DNA of 64,000 bases from the IMG/VR virus record IMGVR_UViG_3300021400_000034, positions 179,337 to 243,336 of that record; one strand, 5' to 3'. Shown one piece after another: positions 9,380 through 17,924 of this stretch. The notes under the pieces were generated by a model that saw nothing but the letters and a program-made list of their open reading frames with translations, was not told where the DNA came from and did no database searches. The DNA is from a virus. Lineage: Duplodnaviria; Caudoviricetes. Made by a program: the position numbers and the translations under genes. The first letter of the stretch is position 1; each line of letters begins with the position of its first letter.

Positions 9380-10077
9380 TCAAGACTTTCGTTCCAACTA
9401 AAGATCCTAAACCGTATGACGAGAAGCGTGACATCACCTACCTCGATAACTCCTATGGCGACTCGATGTGCAAGAAGTACAACAGAGCCATCGACATGCT
9501 CGGAGACTATCAGGGCTGGGTCTGCTTCATTCACGACGACGCTGAGATCAGAACACCTGACGACATCGTCGAAGCTAGACTGAGACAAGCTTACGAGAAA
9601 GGACAGCTCATCGCTGGAGTCATCGGCACTTTCAACTTAGACTACACGATGCACTGGTGGTACCCAGACAGGGGCGTCAACGGCGCAGGCTACATTCTCC
9701 AGAAGGTTCTGGGTCCAGACAAGAAGCCAGTAGTGCCAGAGAAGTGCTACGAGATGAAGGACTGGCCAGGATTCCACGACGGACTCGCTACAGTGGACGG
9801 ATGCTGCATGTGGATCCACACAGACGCTTTCAAGAAGATCCGTTTCGACGAGAATCTTCTCAGCTACCACTTCTACGACGTCGACATCTGTCTCCAAGCG
9901 CTCAGAAATAAGATGGGCGTCTGCGTCATTCCGGTCGTAGTCGTTCACGCGTCTCCTGGAGAGCTTCCGAAGAACATAGGGGAGCTTAGAGCCTACGTCT
10001 TCGACAAGTGGTCAAACATCGTAAACACGTTCCCTATCAACAAGTATAGCTTATTCAAGAAAGAGGAAGAGAAATGA
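9376..10077 (+). CDS. GT-A (GT2-like) glycosyltransferase
   Basis: KKYNRAI, CFIHDD, GVIG, VDGCCM, FDE and HFYDVDICLQA motifs; GTG start overlapping upstream TGA. Confidence 0.85.
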   Translation: MIKTFVPTKDPKPYDEKRDITYLDNSYGDSMCKKYNRAIDMLGDYQGWVCFIHDDAEIRTPDDIVEARLRQAYEKGQLIAGVIGTFNLDYTMHWWYPDRGVNGAGYILQKVLGPDKKPVVPEKCYEMKDWPGFHDGLATVDGCCMWIHTDAFKKIRFDENLLSYHFYDVDICLQALRNKMGVCVIPVVVVHASPGELPKNIGELRAYVFDKWSNIVNTFPINKYSLFKKEEEK

Positions 10078-10658
10078 CTTTCGACAACTTCGACAAGATG
10101 GCTAGAATCAAAGATGAGCTGGGAAAGAACTATCTGAAGAAGCTCGGTCTAGATTCTGACCTAGAAGACACTGCACCAGCTTACGAGGTAGCGGATGAAG
10201 TCGTCCGTGCGTTCGAGTTCGCATACCCTGGAAAATACGCTAAGATGGAAGAAGAAATCAAGAAAGAGTATGAGGCTAGCTTAGATCCGACGATGTCGAG
10301 AGAAGAGACGATCGAGGATCTGATGAGCAAAGTCAGCGATGACGACATGGCTGACATCTACATGGACGACTACAAGTATGGCCGAAGCCCTAGGAGCAGA
10401 GAGTTCCGCTGCTGTCAGGAAGTCATTCTGAACACTCTGTTCGAGAAGAAGTTCAAGAACCTGGGCGAGATGATCGGAGCTCTCAGAAGCGCTCCTGGCA
10501 GCTACATAGGTCCTTACAACTACAAGAGGCTTCTGAACCACATCACGTTCGCGGTAAAGAGCCGCATCATTCAGTACTACCTCACTAGAAGACGCATCGC
10601 TCAGAGCGGAAAGAGGTTCTACTACGTGGATCCGTCGAGATTCCAGAGAGGCAGATAG
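10074..10658 (+). CDS. hypothetical protein, 194 aa
   Basis: Coupled start; codon usage. Confidence 0.75.
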   Translation: MTFDNFDKMARIKDELGKNYLKKLGLDSDLEDTAPAYEVADEVVRAFEFAYPGKYAKMEEEIKKEYEASLDPTMSREETIEDLMSKVSDDDMADIYMDDYKYGRSPRSREFRCCQEVILNTLFEKKFKNLGEMIGALRSAPGSYIGPYNYKRLLNHITFAVKSRIIQYYLTRRRIAQSGKRFYYVDPSRFQRGR

Positions 10659-10666
10659 GAGGAGAG

Positions 10667-11134
10667 ATGAAGAGATTTCTGAAGTTCGTAGACGAGTCAA
10701 ACGTAATCAGCGAGAAAGAGACGCTGACTCAGCTCAGGGACAACTTCACTAAGGTGTTCCCTTACTCTGACTACAAGAACTTGAAGATTCTCAACTCCAC
10801 TAGCAAGGGCAAAGACACCCTTACTCTCGTCTGCCGTGGCACCGTCCAGTCATCTACGCTGGCGCACAACTACACCGTTCTCTGCCAGTTCCACAGAAAG
10901 ACCTTGGAAGATCCGTGGGATCTGAACGCTATGGTCGAGATCAAGTGCACCTGCAACGCGTTCCGCTTCAACGTGGCTTACCCGCTGTTCAAGAACAAGA
11001 ACTACGCAGGAACTGTTCCGGGAAACTCGAGGATTCCTAACAGGGTCCAGAACGCCCAGCAGGTCCCGACATTCTGCAAGCACATCTACGCTTATCTGCG
11101 ATACCTGATTCAGCAGAAAGTCATAACTATGTAG
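10667..11134 (+). CDS. SWIM-type zinc-finger protein with capsid-targeting-like N-terminus
   Basis: CTCNAF...CKHIYAYL; MKRFLKFVDE start; AGGAGG SD. Confidence 0.75.
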   Translation: MKRFLKFVDESNVISEKETLTQLRDNFTKVFPYSDYKNLKILNSTSKGKDTLTLVCRGTVQSSTLAHNYTVLCQFHRKTLEDPWDLNAMVEIKCTCNAFRFNVAYPLFKNKNYAGTVPGNSRIPNRVQNAQQVPTFCKHIYAYLRYLIQQKVITM

Positions 11135-11155
11135 AAATTTCTAAATTTAAACTGT

Positions 11156-12646
11156 ATGAGCAAGAAGAGCAAATTTCTAAAGACCGAAGAGCCGGTTCAA
11201 GAGGAATCGGTTGAACAAGATCTCTCGAACGTACTAGAGTTCAACATCAAAGAATACGGCATGTCCGTGATCGAGGACCGCATGATCCCATCGATTCGCG
11301 ACGGACTCAAGCCTTCTCAGCGCAGACTTCTCAAGGCTATGTATGACCTGAAGGCTTGGTCGACTTCTCCTACTGTGAAGTCCGCTAGAGTCACTGGTGA
11401 CTGCATGGGAAAGTATCACCCGCACTCTGAAGCCTATGGCGCACTGGGCGGTCTAGTCAACCAGACGTACAGTCTCGTTCAAGGACAGGGAAACTGGGGC
11501 AGCCTAGACGACGAGCCAGCTGCCGCGAGATACACCGAGTGCCGATTCAGCAAGCTCGGACAGAGGTGCTTCGAGAACTACGAAGTCGCCGACGAAGTTC
11601 CTAACTTCTCTGGCGAGTACATGGAGCCTATCGACATTCCGATGGACTTCCCTCTGTTCTTCGTCAACGGCGGAAAAGGCATCGGAGTCGCAGTCCGTCT
11701 AGAGACTCCAGACCACAACCTGCAAGAGATCGTAGAAGCGATGAAGATCGTTCTGAAGAAAGGCGACAAGACTAAGATGAGCGATCTGTTCAAAGTTTTC
11801 CACGGTCCGGACTCTGTCTATGGCGGAAAGCTGCTCACCAGCGAAGAAGAGCTGAAGACGATCTACGAGACAGGATCTGGAAAGATCACTTACGAGTGCG
11901 ACTACGAGATAGCACAGCAAGGACGCAACAAGTTCCTTCTCACAGTGACTGGGTACTGTCCAGAGTTCAAGCCGTCTACGTTCCAGAACGAGATGATCAA
12001 GCTCATGGCCGACAAGAACGACAGGAGCATTCTGAACGCCAACGACGCTTCGACGAAAGACAACAAGTGCAACTTCCAGGTTCTCTACGAAGGCGAAGAC
12101 ACTTTCGAGAAGAAGATCCACAAGCATCTCATCAAGACGCAGAACGTGCAGTACTATGCGCTAGACCGTCGAAAGAGCGCTAACCCTCAGCTGAGAGACA
12201 TCGACACCGTTCTCCTGAAGAAGTCCTTCATCGAGTACATGCAGATCTGGCTAGACTGGCGCAGAGAGCAAGAGACTAAGCTTCTCTCCATTCGCGCTAA
12301 AGAGATAGACGACCGCATGTTCCACGTCGAGTGCCGCATGGACGCTGCAGAGAACGTGAAGATCATTCAGGCTGCGCTAGCTGCTGACGACGCAGTATCG
12401 CACCTGATGAAGAACATGCCTTACCTCATGGGACACCAGAGAGCCAAAGAAGGCGCTGAGTACATCCTCGATCTGAAGATCGGATCCATCAAGAAGACTG
12501 ACATGCAGAAGATGCGCCTAGAGTTCGGCGAGCTCGATCAAGAGCTGCAGCGCATCAAGAAGGACATGAGCGACATAGACAAGGTCGTTGCTAGAAAGCT
12601 CGACTCGCTAAAAGAGTTCTTCAAGCCCCGCATGCTGAAGTACTAA
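11156..12646 (+). CDS. type IIA topoisomerase subunit A (GyrA/ParC/gp52-like) lacking the C-terminal pinwheel
   Basis: DGLKPSQRR, KSARVTG..MGKYHPH, QGNWGS, AAARYTE (catalytic Tyr). Confidence 0.93.
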   Translation: MSKKSKFLKTEEPVQEESVEQDLSNVLEFNIKEYGMSVIEDRMIPSIRDGLKPSQRRLLKAMYDLKAWSTSPTVKSARVTGDCMGKYHPHSEAYGALGGLVNQTYSLVQGQGNWGSLDDEPAAARYTECRFSKLGQRCFENYEVADEVPNFSGEYMEPIDIPMDFPLFFVNGGKGIGVAVRLETPDHNLQEIVEAMKIVLKKGDKTKMSDLFKVFHGPDSVYGGKLLTSEEELKTIYETGSGKITYECDYEIAQQGRNKFLLTVTGYCPEFKPSTFQNEMIKLMADKNDRSILNANDASTKDNKCNFQVLYEGEDTFEKKIHKHLIKTQNVQYYALDRRKSANPQLRDIDTVLLKKSFIEYMQIWLDWRREQETKLLSIRAKEIDDRMFHVECRMDAAENVKIIQAALAADDAVSHLMKNMPYLMGHQRAKEGAEYILDLKIGSIKKTDMQKMRLEFGELDQELQRIKKDMSDIDKVVARKLDSLKEFFKPRMLKY

Positions 12647-12667
12647 CAAACAAGCATCCCTTACAAC

Positions 12668-12701
12668 AAGTCCGCTAGGCACTGAGGCTCTGGCGGACTT
12701 T
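12668..12701 (+). terminator. probable terminator hairpin
   Basis: aagtccgcta/tggcggactt stem. Confidence 0.6.
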
Positions 12702-12742
12702 CGTGCATATAAATAACTCATCAAACTAATAGTGGTAACTTG

Positions 12743-13438
12743 ATGAGTCTAGAAAATTCTTTAGATGCGCTATGCCGCGAGTTCGAGATAGACAACGTCG
12801 TGGCGCCAGATCCAATTCAGCAGGTGACTTCAGCAGCTCCCAATCCGATGAGCTTCTTAGACGAAGAGGCCCTCGGCAGCGATGCGCTCGTTCAGACGGT
12901 TCCTACGATCGAAGATGACGACAATCCTTCAGTCGCTGACTTGAAGAAGAAGGCGGAAGATGGTCACAAAGAGATCGTGAAGCTCGAAGAGGAAGTGAAG
13001 CTGAACACGATGACCCAGCGATACGACTTGGAAGATCGAGCCTACATGAAGACTCAGCTAAAGTCGCTCATCTCTGACAACCGCGCCGTGATGGACTGCA
13101 TCGAGTCTCAGCTGAAGATAGGCACGAATCCACATCTGTTCGAGGTCTACGCGTCGATGTCAAAGACGGTCGCAGACAACATCATGCGCCTAGCTAAGAT
13201 CGACCAGATGGTCACCGACTACAAGATCGTTGAAGACAAGGGCACTGGAAACATCAAGCACGACGTGGTAGCTGAGCAAGCTGCCCAAGCTGCAGCGAAT
13301 GGCCGGGGCGGCGGGAACACTTACATTCAGAACAATCTCTGCTTCTCGTCCGATGAGCTGCTCAAGATCGTCAAGAAGGCGATACCTCCACGCGAAAAGA
13401 CCAAGATAGAAGATCTTCCGAAATTTGACCTGTCGTAA
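12743..13438 (+). CDS. gp16: terminase small subunit (T4 gp16-like)
   Basis: PHLFEVYASMSKTVAD and QNNLCFSSDELLKIVK patterns; late box at 12708-12715. Confidence 0.7.
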   Translation: MSLENSLDALCREFEIDNVVAPDPIQQVTSAAPNPMSFLDEEALGSDALVQTVPTIEDDDNPSVADLKKKAEDGHKEIVKLEEEVKLNTMTQRYDLEDRAYMKTQLKSLISDNRAVMDCIESQLKIGTNPHLFEVYASMSKTVADNIMRLAKIDQMVTDYKIVEDKGTGNIKHDVVAEQAAQAAANGRGGGNTYIQNNLCFSSDELLKIVKKAIPPREKTKIEDLPKFDLS

Positions 13439-13462
13439 CTTTTTCACTGTAAATAACTAAAC

Positions 13463-13786
13463 ATGGGAAGACCACTCTACACCAAGTTCTCGATTTTCTA
13501 TCGAATCAGCAAGAAGGAAGACTTCCTTCGAAAGTTGATTATGAGCCTGTGCAATCGCGAGGACCTGTCAAGCTATGACGTGTTCTACGAGATGTACTCG
13601 AAGACTTTCGACATCATCGCTGACGCGATCATGAAGAAGGACAAGGACCGCATTCTGGCTCTAATCATGAACGAAAACGTAGATGCGAAGCTCAACAGGA
13701 GAATATACGACTATCTAATGTGCGCTAACACTTTCAAGCTCTCTAAGAAGAACCTTCAGGAAGCGCTAGAGCAACAGGAGCTGTAA
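13463..13786 (+). CDS. hypothetical protein, 107 aa
   Basis: TGTAAATA 7 nt upstream. Confidence 0.7.
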   Translation: MGRPLYTKFSIFYRISKKEDFLRKLIMSLCNREDLSSYDVFYEMYSKTFDIIADAIMKKDKDRILALIMNENVDAKLNRRIYDYLMCANTFKLSKKNLQEALEQQEL

Positions 13787-13788
13787 TT

Positions 13789-14508
13789 ATGCTAGATGAC
13801 ATCAGAAAATTCATCAACGAGAGAGTCCAGCCAGTAGACTTTCTGACCCTACTCAAAGAAGACGAAGAACCGGCTCCTGCCGATGATGCAGGCGGCGGAG
13901 ATGATGCTGGATTTGACGACGCCGGTGGCGGAGATGATGCTGGATTCGATGACGGTGGCGGATTCGATGACAGCGGCGACATGGGAGGAGGCCTTGATGG
14001 AGGTCCAGGCGGTCCGGACGGAGGTCCAGGAGGCGGCGAGTCGGGTGAAGATCTAGGCGACGACACCGAAGACAAGGGAAGCGACAAGTTCGCTGACCGT
14101 GAAGACGATCCGGACTTCAAGAACGGAATGCCGACTGACGGCAGCGCTGCCGAGACTGGACCTTCCGGAAACACGACCTACCAAGTCGAGGACGTATTGA
14201 GAAATCTCAACGGAATTGTCGACAGCGGCGACATCGACCTGGCCGAGATCGAACCTTCTAAGCTCATTCTGGAGCTCATCGCTAACGGAAAGAAGCTCAA
14301 AGAGGAAGATTTTGAGGAAATTCACCAGTACGAGTCGTTCTCGAACATCGTGAAGAAGTGCTTGGAAGGAGTAGACGACAGAACTCGCGACTACTTCAAT
14401 CTGAAGATCAAGGAAGCAATTCTAGAGATCCAGAAGCAGAAAAAGATCGACGCAAGCAAGGCGAAAGGCGACGTGGATCAGCTTCGAAACATCGCAGACG
14501 AGTTCTAA
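13789..14508 (+). CDS. acidic Gly/Asp-repeat protein, probable prohead core or internal protein
   Basis: MLDDIRKFINE start; DDAGGGDDAGF repeats; upstream of scaffold. Confidence 0.65.
   Translation: MLDDIRKFINERVQPVDFLTLLKEDEEPAPADDAGGGDDAGFDDAGGGDDAGFDDGGGFDDSGDMGGGLDGGPGGPDGGPGGGESGEDLGDDTEDKGSDKFADREDDPDFKNGMPTDGSAAETGPSGNTTYQVEDVLRNLNGIVDSGDIDLAEIEPSKLILELIANGKKLKEEDFEEIHQYESFSNIVKKCLEGVDDRTRDYFNLKIKEAILEIQKQKKIDASKAKGDVDQLRNIADEF
13882..13980 (+). repeat. 33-nt coding tandem repeat (DDAGGGDDAGF x2 plus partial)
   Basis: ggcggagatgatgctggatt repeated. Confidence 0.8.
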
Positions 14509-14593
14509 ATCACACTTTTTGACAAAAATGTTGACAAAATATTAACATTTTTTCAAAAAAGTCCCGAAAAAGCAAATTTTTAGGGAAATCACA
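14507..14593. repeat. AT-rich inverted repeats flanked by 8-bp direct repeat aaatcaca
   Basis: IR 14514-14534/14542-14562; second hairpin 14563-14585; direct repeats 14507-14514 and 14586-14593. Confidence 0.75.
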
Positions 14594-14624
14594 ATGATAT
14601 ATAATACATAACGGAGGAAATTCG

Positions 14625-15650
14625 ATGGATAAAATCGTAGAAAAGCTCCAGTCCCTCGGACTGTCAGAAGATGACTTGAATGAAGTCAAGAAGTCTTTTG
14701 ATGAAGCCGTGGAAACTAGAGTCAAAGCCGAAACCGATCAAATTTCCGAGAAAGCCGAGAAGTATATCGCTATGCGTGTCGACGAGCTGGCAAAAGCTAA
14801 GACAGCAGAGCTCGAGACTCTCTCCGAGAAGTATCTTGAGATCAAGACTAATACGATCGCAAAGAACGCTAGCTTGAAGCTCAACGAGAAGACGGCAGAA
14901 GTCGAAAAGGCTTGCGAAGACTACATCAACGAATACTTCGAAAAGGCATTCGCGGAAAAATATGAAAAAGAGTTGGCTTTGATGGAAGAGTCGATCCTCT
15001 CGCAGCTTGACAAGTATCTTGACTATGCTATCACGGAGAACATCACTCCGGATCTCATCAAGACGACTGCCGTCAACGAGACCTTCGCTCCAATCATCAA
15101 GGGTATCCAGAACCTCTTCGAAGAGCAGTATGTTCCGCTCAACGTCTCCGGCAAGAAGAAGATCAAAGAAGCTCAGGCTCACGTGGCCGAGCTCGAAGAG
15201 ACTCTCAAGCAGCAGATCCAAGAGAACATGGCTCTCACCGACCGCACCGAGAAATACGCAAAGCGTGCTCTCATCGCTGAGAAGGTCGCTGACCTATCCG
15301 CCGCTGATCGCGCCAACGTTAGAAAGTTCTTCGCTGAGAAGTCTTTCGCTACGACGAAGTCGGACATTGATTCTTACTGCGCTGTCCTCAAGGAATCAGC
15401 TCAGAAGATTCAGGAAGCCAAGGAACAAGCTATTCGTGAGAGCAAGGTCGACATGAAAGAGCGTCGCAGCCTTGTCACGGAGAGAACTAACTCAAGACCG
15501 AGACCGAGAACTGCAGTGAAGTCTTACACAGAAGACAACACCCCTGACTTGGTCACAGAACGCATCAAAACCTACAAACAGTCGAGAAAAATCGACGAAG
15601 CAAGTGACGACTACCTAACCTCAGTGGCGAAGTATGTCGAACTAGACTAA
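14625..15650 (+). CDS. gp22: prohead scaffolding core protein (T4 gp22-like)
   Basis: Coiled-coil; FDEAVETRV, LDKYLDY and GIQNLFEEQYV motifs; directly upstream of MCP. Confidence 0.85.
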   Translation: MDKIVEKLQSLGLSEDDLNEVKKSFDEAVETRVKAETDQISEKAEKYIAMRVDELAKAKTAELETLSEKYLEIKTNTIAKNASLKLNEKTAEVEKACEDYINEYFEKAFAEKYEKELALMEESILSQLDKYLDYAITENITPDLIKTTAVNETFAPIIKGIQNLFEEQYVPLNVSGKKKIKEAQAHVAELEETLKQQIQENMALTDRTEKYAKRALIAEKVADLSAADRANVRKFFAEKSFATTKSDIDSYCAVLKESAQKIQEAKEQAIRESKVDMKERRSLVTERTNSRPRPRTAVKSYTEDNTPDLVTERIKTYKQSRKIDEASDDYLTSVAKYVELD

Positions 15651-15673
15651 GAATTTTCAAGGAGTAAAAGGAA

Positions 15674-17008
15674 ATGAAAATACTTAATTCCCAGAAGACA
15701 ATCACTGAGGCATGGAGCGACAAGCCGAATGCTCTCTCTGTTGCATCAATCCAGGACAAGTATATTCGTGCCAACACTGCAAAGTTGCTTGAAAACCAGG
15801 ACCGCTGGGTCAAGAAAGGCATGAGACTTGACGAAGACTTCAGCATGGGCGTTGCTGGTGCTACTGGCCTCAACCAGGGTATCCCGCACGGTGGCCCAGG
15901 CAAGGGCGTCCTTCCGAACATCTCTATGGCTATCGTCCGTAGAGCTTTCCCGGAAATGTTCGCTAACGTCCTCGTCGGTGTTCAGCCGATGGCCGGTCCG
16001 GTGTCTCTAGCCTGCGCAGTCCGCAGAATCTACAAGACGTCCAACCCGCAGGAAATCATCGAAGCTGCTTGGAAGCACGTTCCGCGCTTCTCTGGCTTCA
16101 CTGGCTCTACTGCCAACGCCTCTGGCGAACCGGATGCCGGTACCGCCGTTGAGACGGAAGCTGCAGAACACTGGAAGCTCGGCGGTGACCCGAACAAGTT
16201 CGAGAAGTGGCCGGAACTCGGTCTCATGCTCGCTACTCAGGTGGTCGCAGCTAAGAGCCGTAAGGTCGGTTCCAGCTTCTCTATCGAGTCTGCTCAGGAC
16301 ATCGAGTCTATGCAGCACCTCGACATGATGGCTGAGATGATCAAGACCTGTCAGGAAGAGCTCGTTCAGGAAATCGACCGTGAAACGATCGCTCACTGTA
16401 AGGCTCTCTGCACGCCTAAGGTTTACAAGTTCGCCGAAGGCAAGGTAAGCACTGCTGAACAGGCAGGTGGTGTCGGTGACGGCTGGAACGGCCGCTGGTC
16501 TCAGGAGAGACTCGCCAACATCGTCGCTAAGCTCATCGGCGCTTCTAACAACATCCGTACCAGCACTCGTACCGCTTCCGGTAACATCGCTGTCGTTTCT
16601 CCGGACATCGCTACTGCTCTGCAGATCGCTGCCCCGAACTTCAGCAAGATCGTTACCAACGTGAACGGCAGCTCTGCTACCGCTAGCGCAGGTACCCTGA
16701 ACGGCAACATCAAGGTCTTCATCGACAACAACGCTGTTGACCCGATCACTGGAATCGATAACGGTGAAGCACTCATCGCATACAAGGGCGAAGGCCTTTC
16801 CAACTGCGGTGTGGTATACTGCCCGTACATCACTAGCTTGACTCTTCAGGCTACGGATCCTCGCGACTTCTCTCCGAGAGTTGGCGTGATGAGCCGCTAC
16901 GCTTTCGCTGACAACATGCTCGGCGCTGAGAACTACTACCGTCTTCTCAGATTCGAAGGTCTCGCTTCCAAGGTCGGATTCGATACGTCCGAAGAAGGCA
17001 CGTGGTAA
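15674..17008 (+). CDS. gp23: major capsid protein (T4 gp23-like)
   Basis: AKLLENQ, VRRAFP..GVQPMAGP, EIDRE, YCPY and FSPRVGVMSRY motifs. Confidence 0.97.
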   Translation: MKILNSQKTITEAWSDKPNALSVASIQDKYIRANTAKLLENQDRWVKKGMRLDEDFSMGVAGATGLNQGIPHGGPGKGVLPNISMAIVRRAFPEMFANVLVGVQPMAGPVSLACAVRRIYKTSNPQEIIEAAWKHVPRFSGFTGSTANASGEPDAGTAVETEAAEHWKLGGDPNKFEKWPELGLMLATQVVAAKSRKVGSSFSIESAQDIESMQHLDMMAEMIKTCQEELVQEIDRETIAHCKALCTPKVYKFAEGKVSTAEQAGGVGDGWNGRWSQERLANIVAKLIGASNNIRTSTRTASGNIAVVSPDIATALQIAAPNFSKIVTNVNGSSATASAGTLNGNIKVFIDNNAVDPITGIDNGEALIAYKGEGLSNCGVVYCPYITSLTLQATDPRDFSPRVGVMSRYAFADNMLGAENYYRLLRFEGLASKVGFDTSEEGTW

Positions 17009-17047
17009 TCACAGAGTTGAAATTTAACAACAAGGAGAATTTTTACA

Positions 17048-17392
17048 ATGTACAAACTACCTTCTAAGTCACAGTATCACGTCGGTAACGACAAGGCTAT
17101 CCCGGATAGCGCTTTCGTCGCCAGCAGCTGGTGCGACGGCATCTACACTCAGTTCGATGCGGACAATGCTCCGAACGGCTGGGCAGATGTTCAGGACACC
17201 TTCAAGATGAATCTCCCGCAGGACAAGTGGCAGCTCGAAGACGAAAGAGCTGCAGCAAGTGGCTTCGCTACTTCTGCTCTCTTCACGGACGGTTACGGCA
17301 CCGCTACCACGGGCAAGGTTCTTGACCAGTTCCCGGAACTGTTCACTTCTGGTCGTAGCGACTACGTCGGAATCGAACAGTCTGCCGAGTAA
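17048..17392 (+). CDS. probable capsid-associated (decoration) protein, 114 aa
   Basis: Co-transcribed after MCP, AAGGAG SD, MCP-like codon bias, terminator follows. Confidence 0.55.
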   Translation: MYKLPSKSQYHVGNDKAIPDSAFVASSWCDGIYTQFDADNAPNGWADVQDTFKMNLPQDKWQLEDERAAASGFATSALFTDGYGTATTGKVLDQFPELFTSGRSDYVGIEQSAE

Positions 17393-17411
17393 TTGGCTGC
17401 ACAAGCATACG

Positions 17412-17445
17412 AAGAAAGACCGAGCGGAAGCCCGGTCTTTCTTTT
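17412..17445. terminator. terminator between convergent genes
   Basis: aagaaagaccg/cggtctttctt stem. Confidence 0.8.
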
Positions 17446-17464
17446 GCGATTGATTCAAGAAGCT

Positions 17465-17737
17465 CTAGAGAGAAGCGATGATCTTCTGTGCGCGGCTGGT
17501 CTGATACTTGTCCCAAGTGGACTTGTTGCGCTTCCACTTCTTGGATTCAGCTCCAGCGATCCACTTGTAGTCGGCTTCGCTGATGACCTTAGCATAACGT
17601 CCCGGAGTGACCTGAAGCTTGGTACCGTCCGTTAACTGGATATACCAACGACCCTGGCTCTCTTTGCTCAGACCGCGAGCAGCCATTTTCTTCTTGGTGT
17701 GGTAGAGGTAGATGGGGGAAGATTCGAACTTCTTCAT
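17465..17737 (-). CDS. basic hypothetical early protein, 90 aa
   Basis: AAGGA SD; own early promoter. Confidence 0.75.
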   Translation of the reverse strand: MKKFESSPIYLYHTKKKMAARGLSKESQGRWYIQLTDGTKLQVTPGRYAKVISEADYKWIAGAESKKWKRNKSTWDKYQTSRAQKIIASL

Positions 17738-17792
17738 AGTTTATTTTCCTTTTCTGTTTAGATCTAACCAGCCATCTTGAGGCTGTAATGTG

Positions 17793-17821
17793 AATATAGG
17801 AATTTGTTGTAAATTTGTAAA
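17793..17821 (-). promoter_or_regulatory. early-type promoter TTTACA-N17-TATATT
   Basis: Motif match on the minus strand. Confidence 0.75.
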
Positions 17822-17924
17822 CAGTAAAATATCGTTAAAATTTCTTTACATACCTAGACGATGAAAATCTCAAGATAAGCATTTTGATTATATTTTCTCT
17901 TGAAAAGATAAATAACAGGAAACT

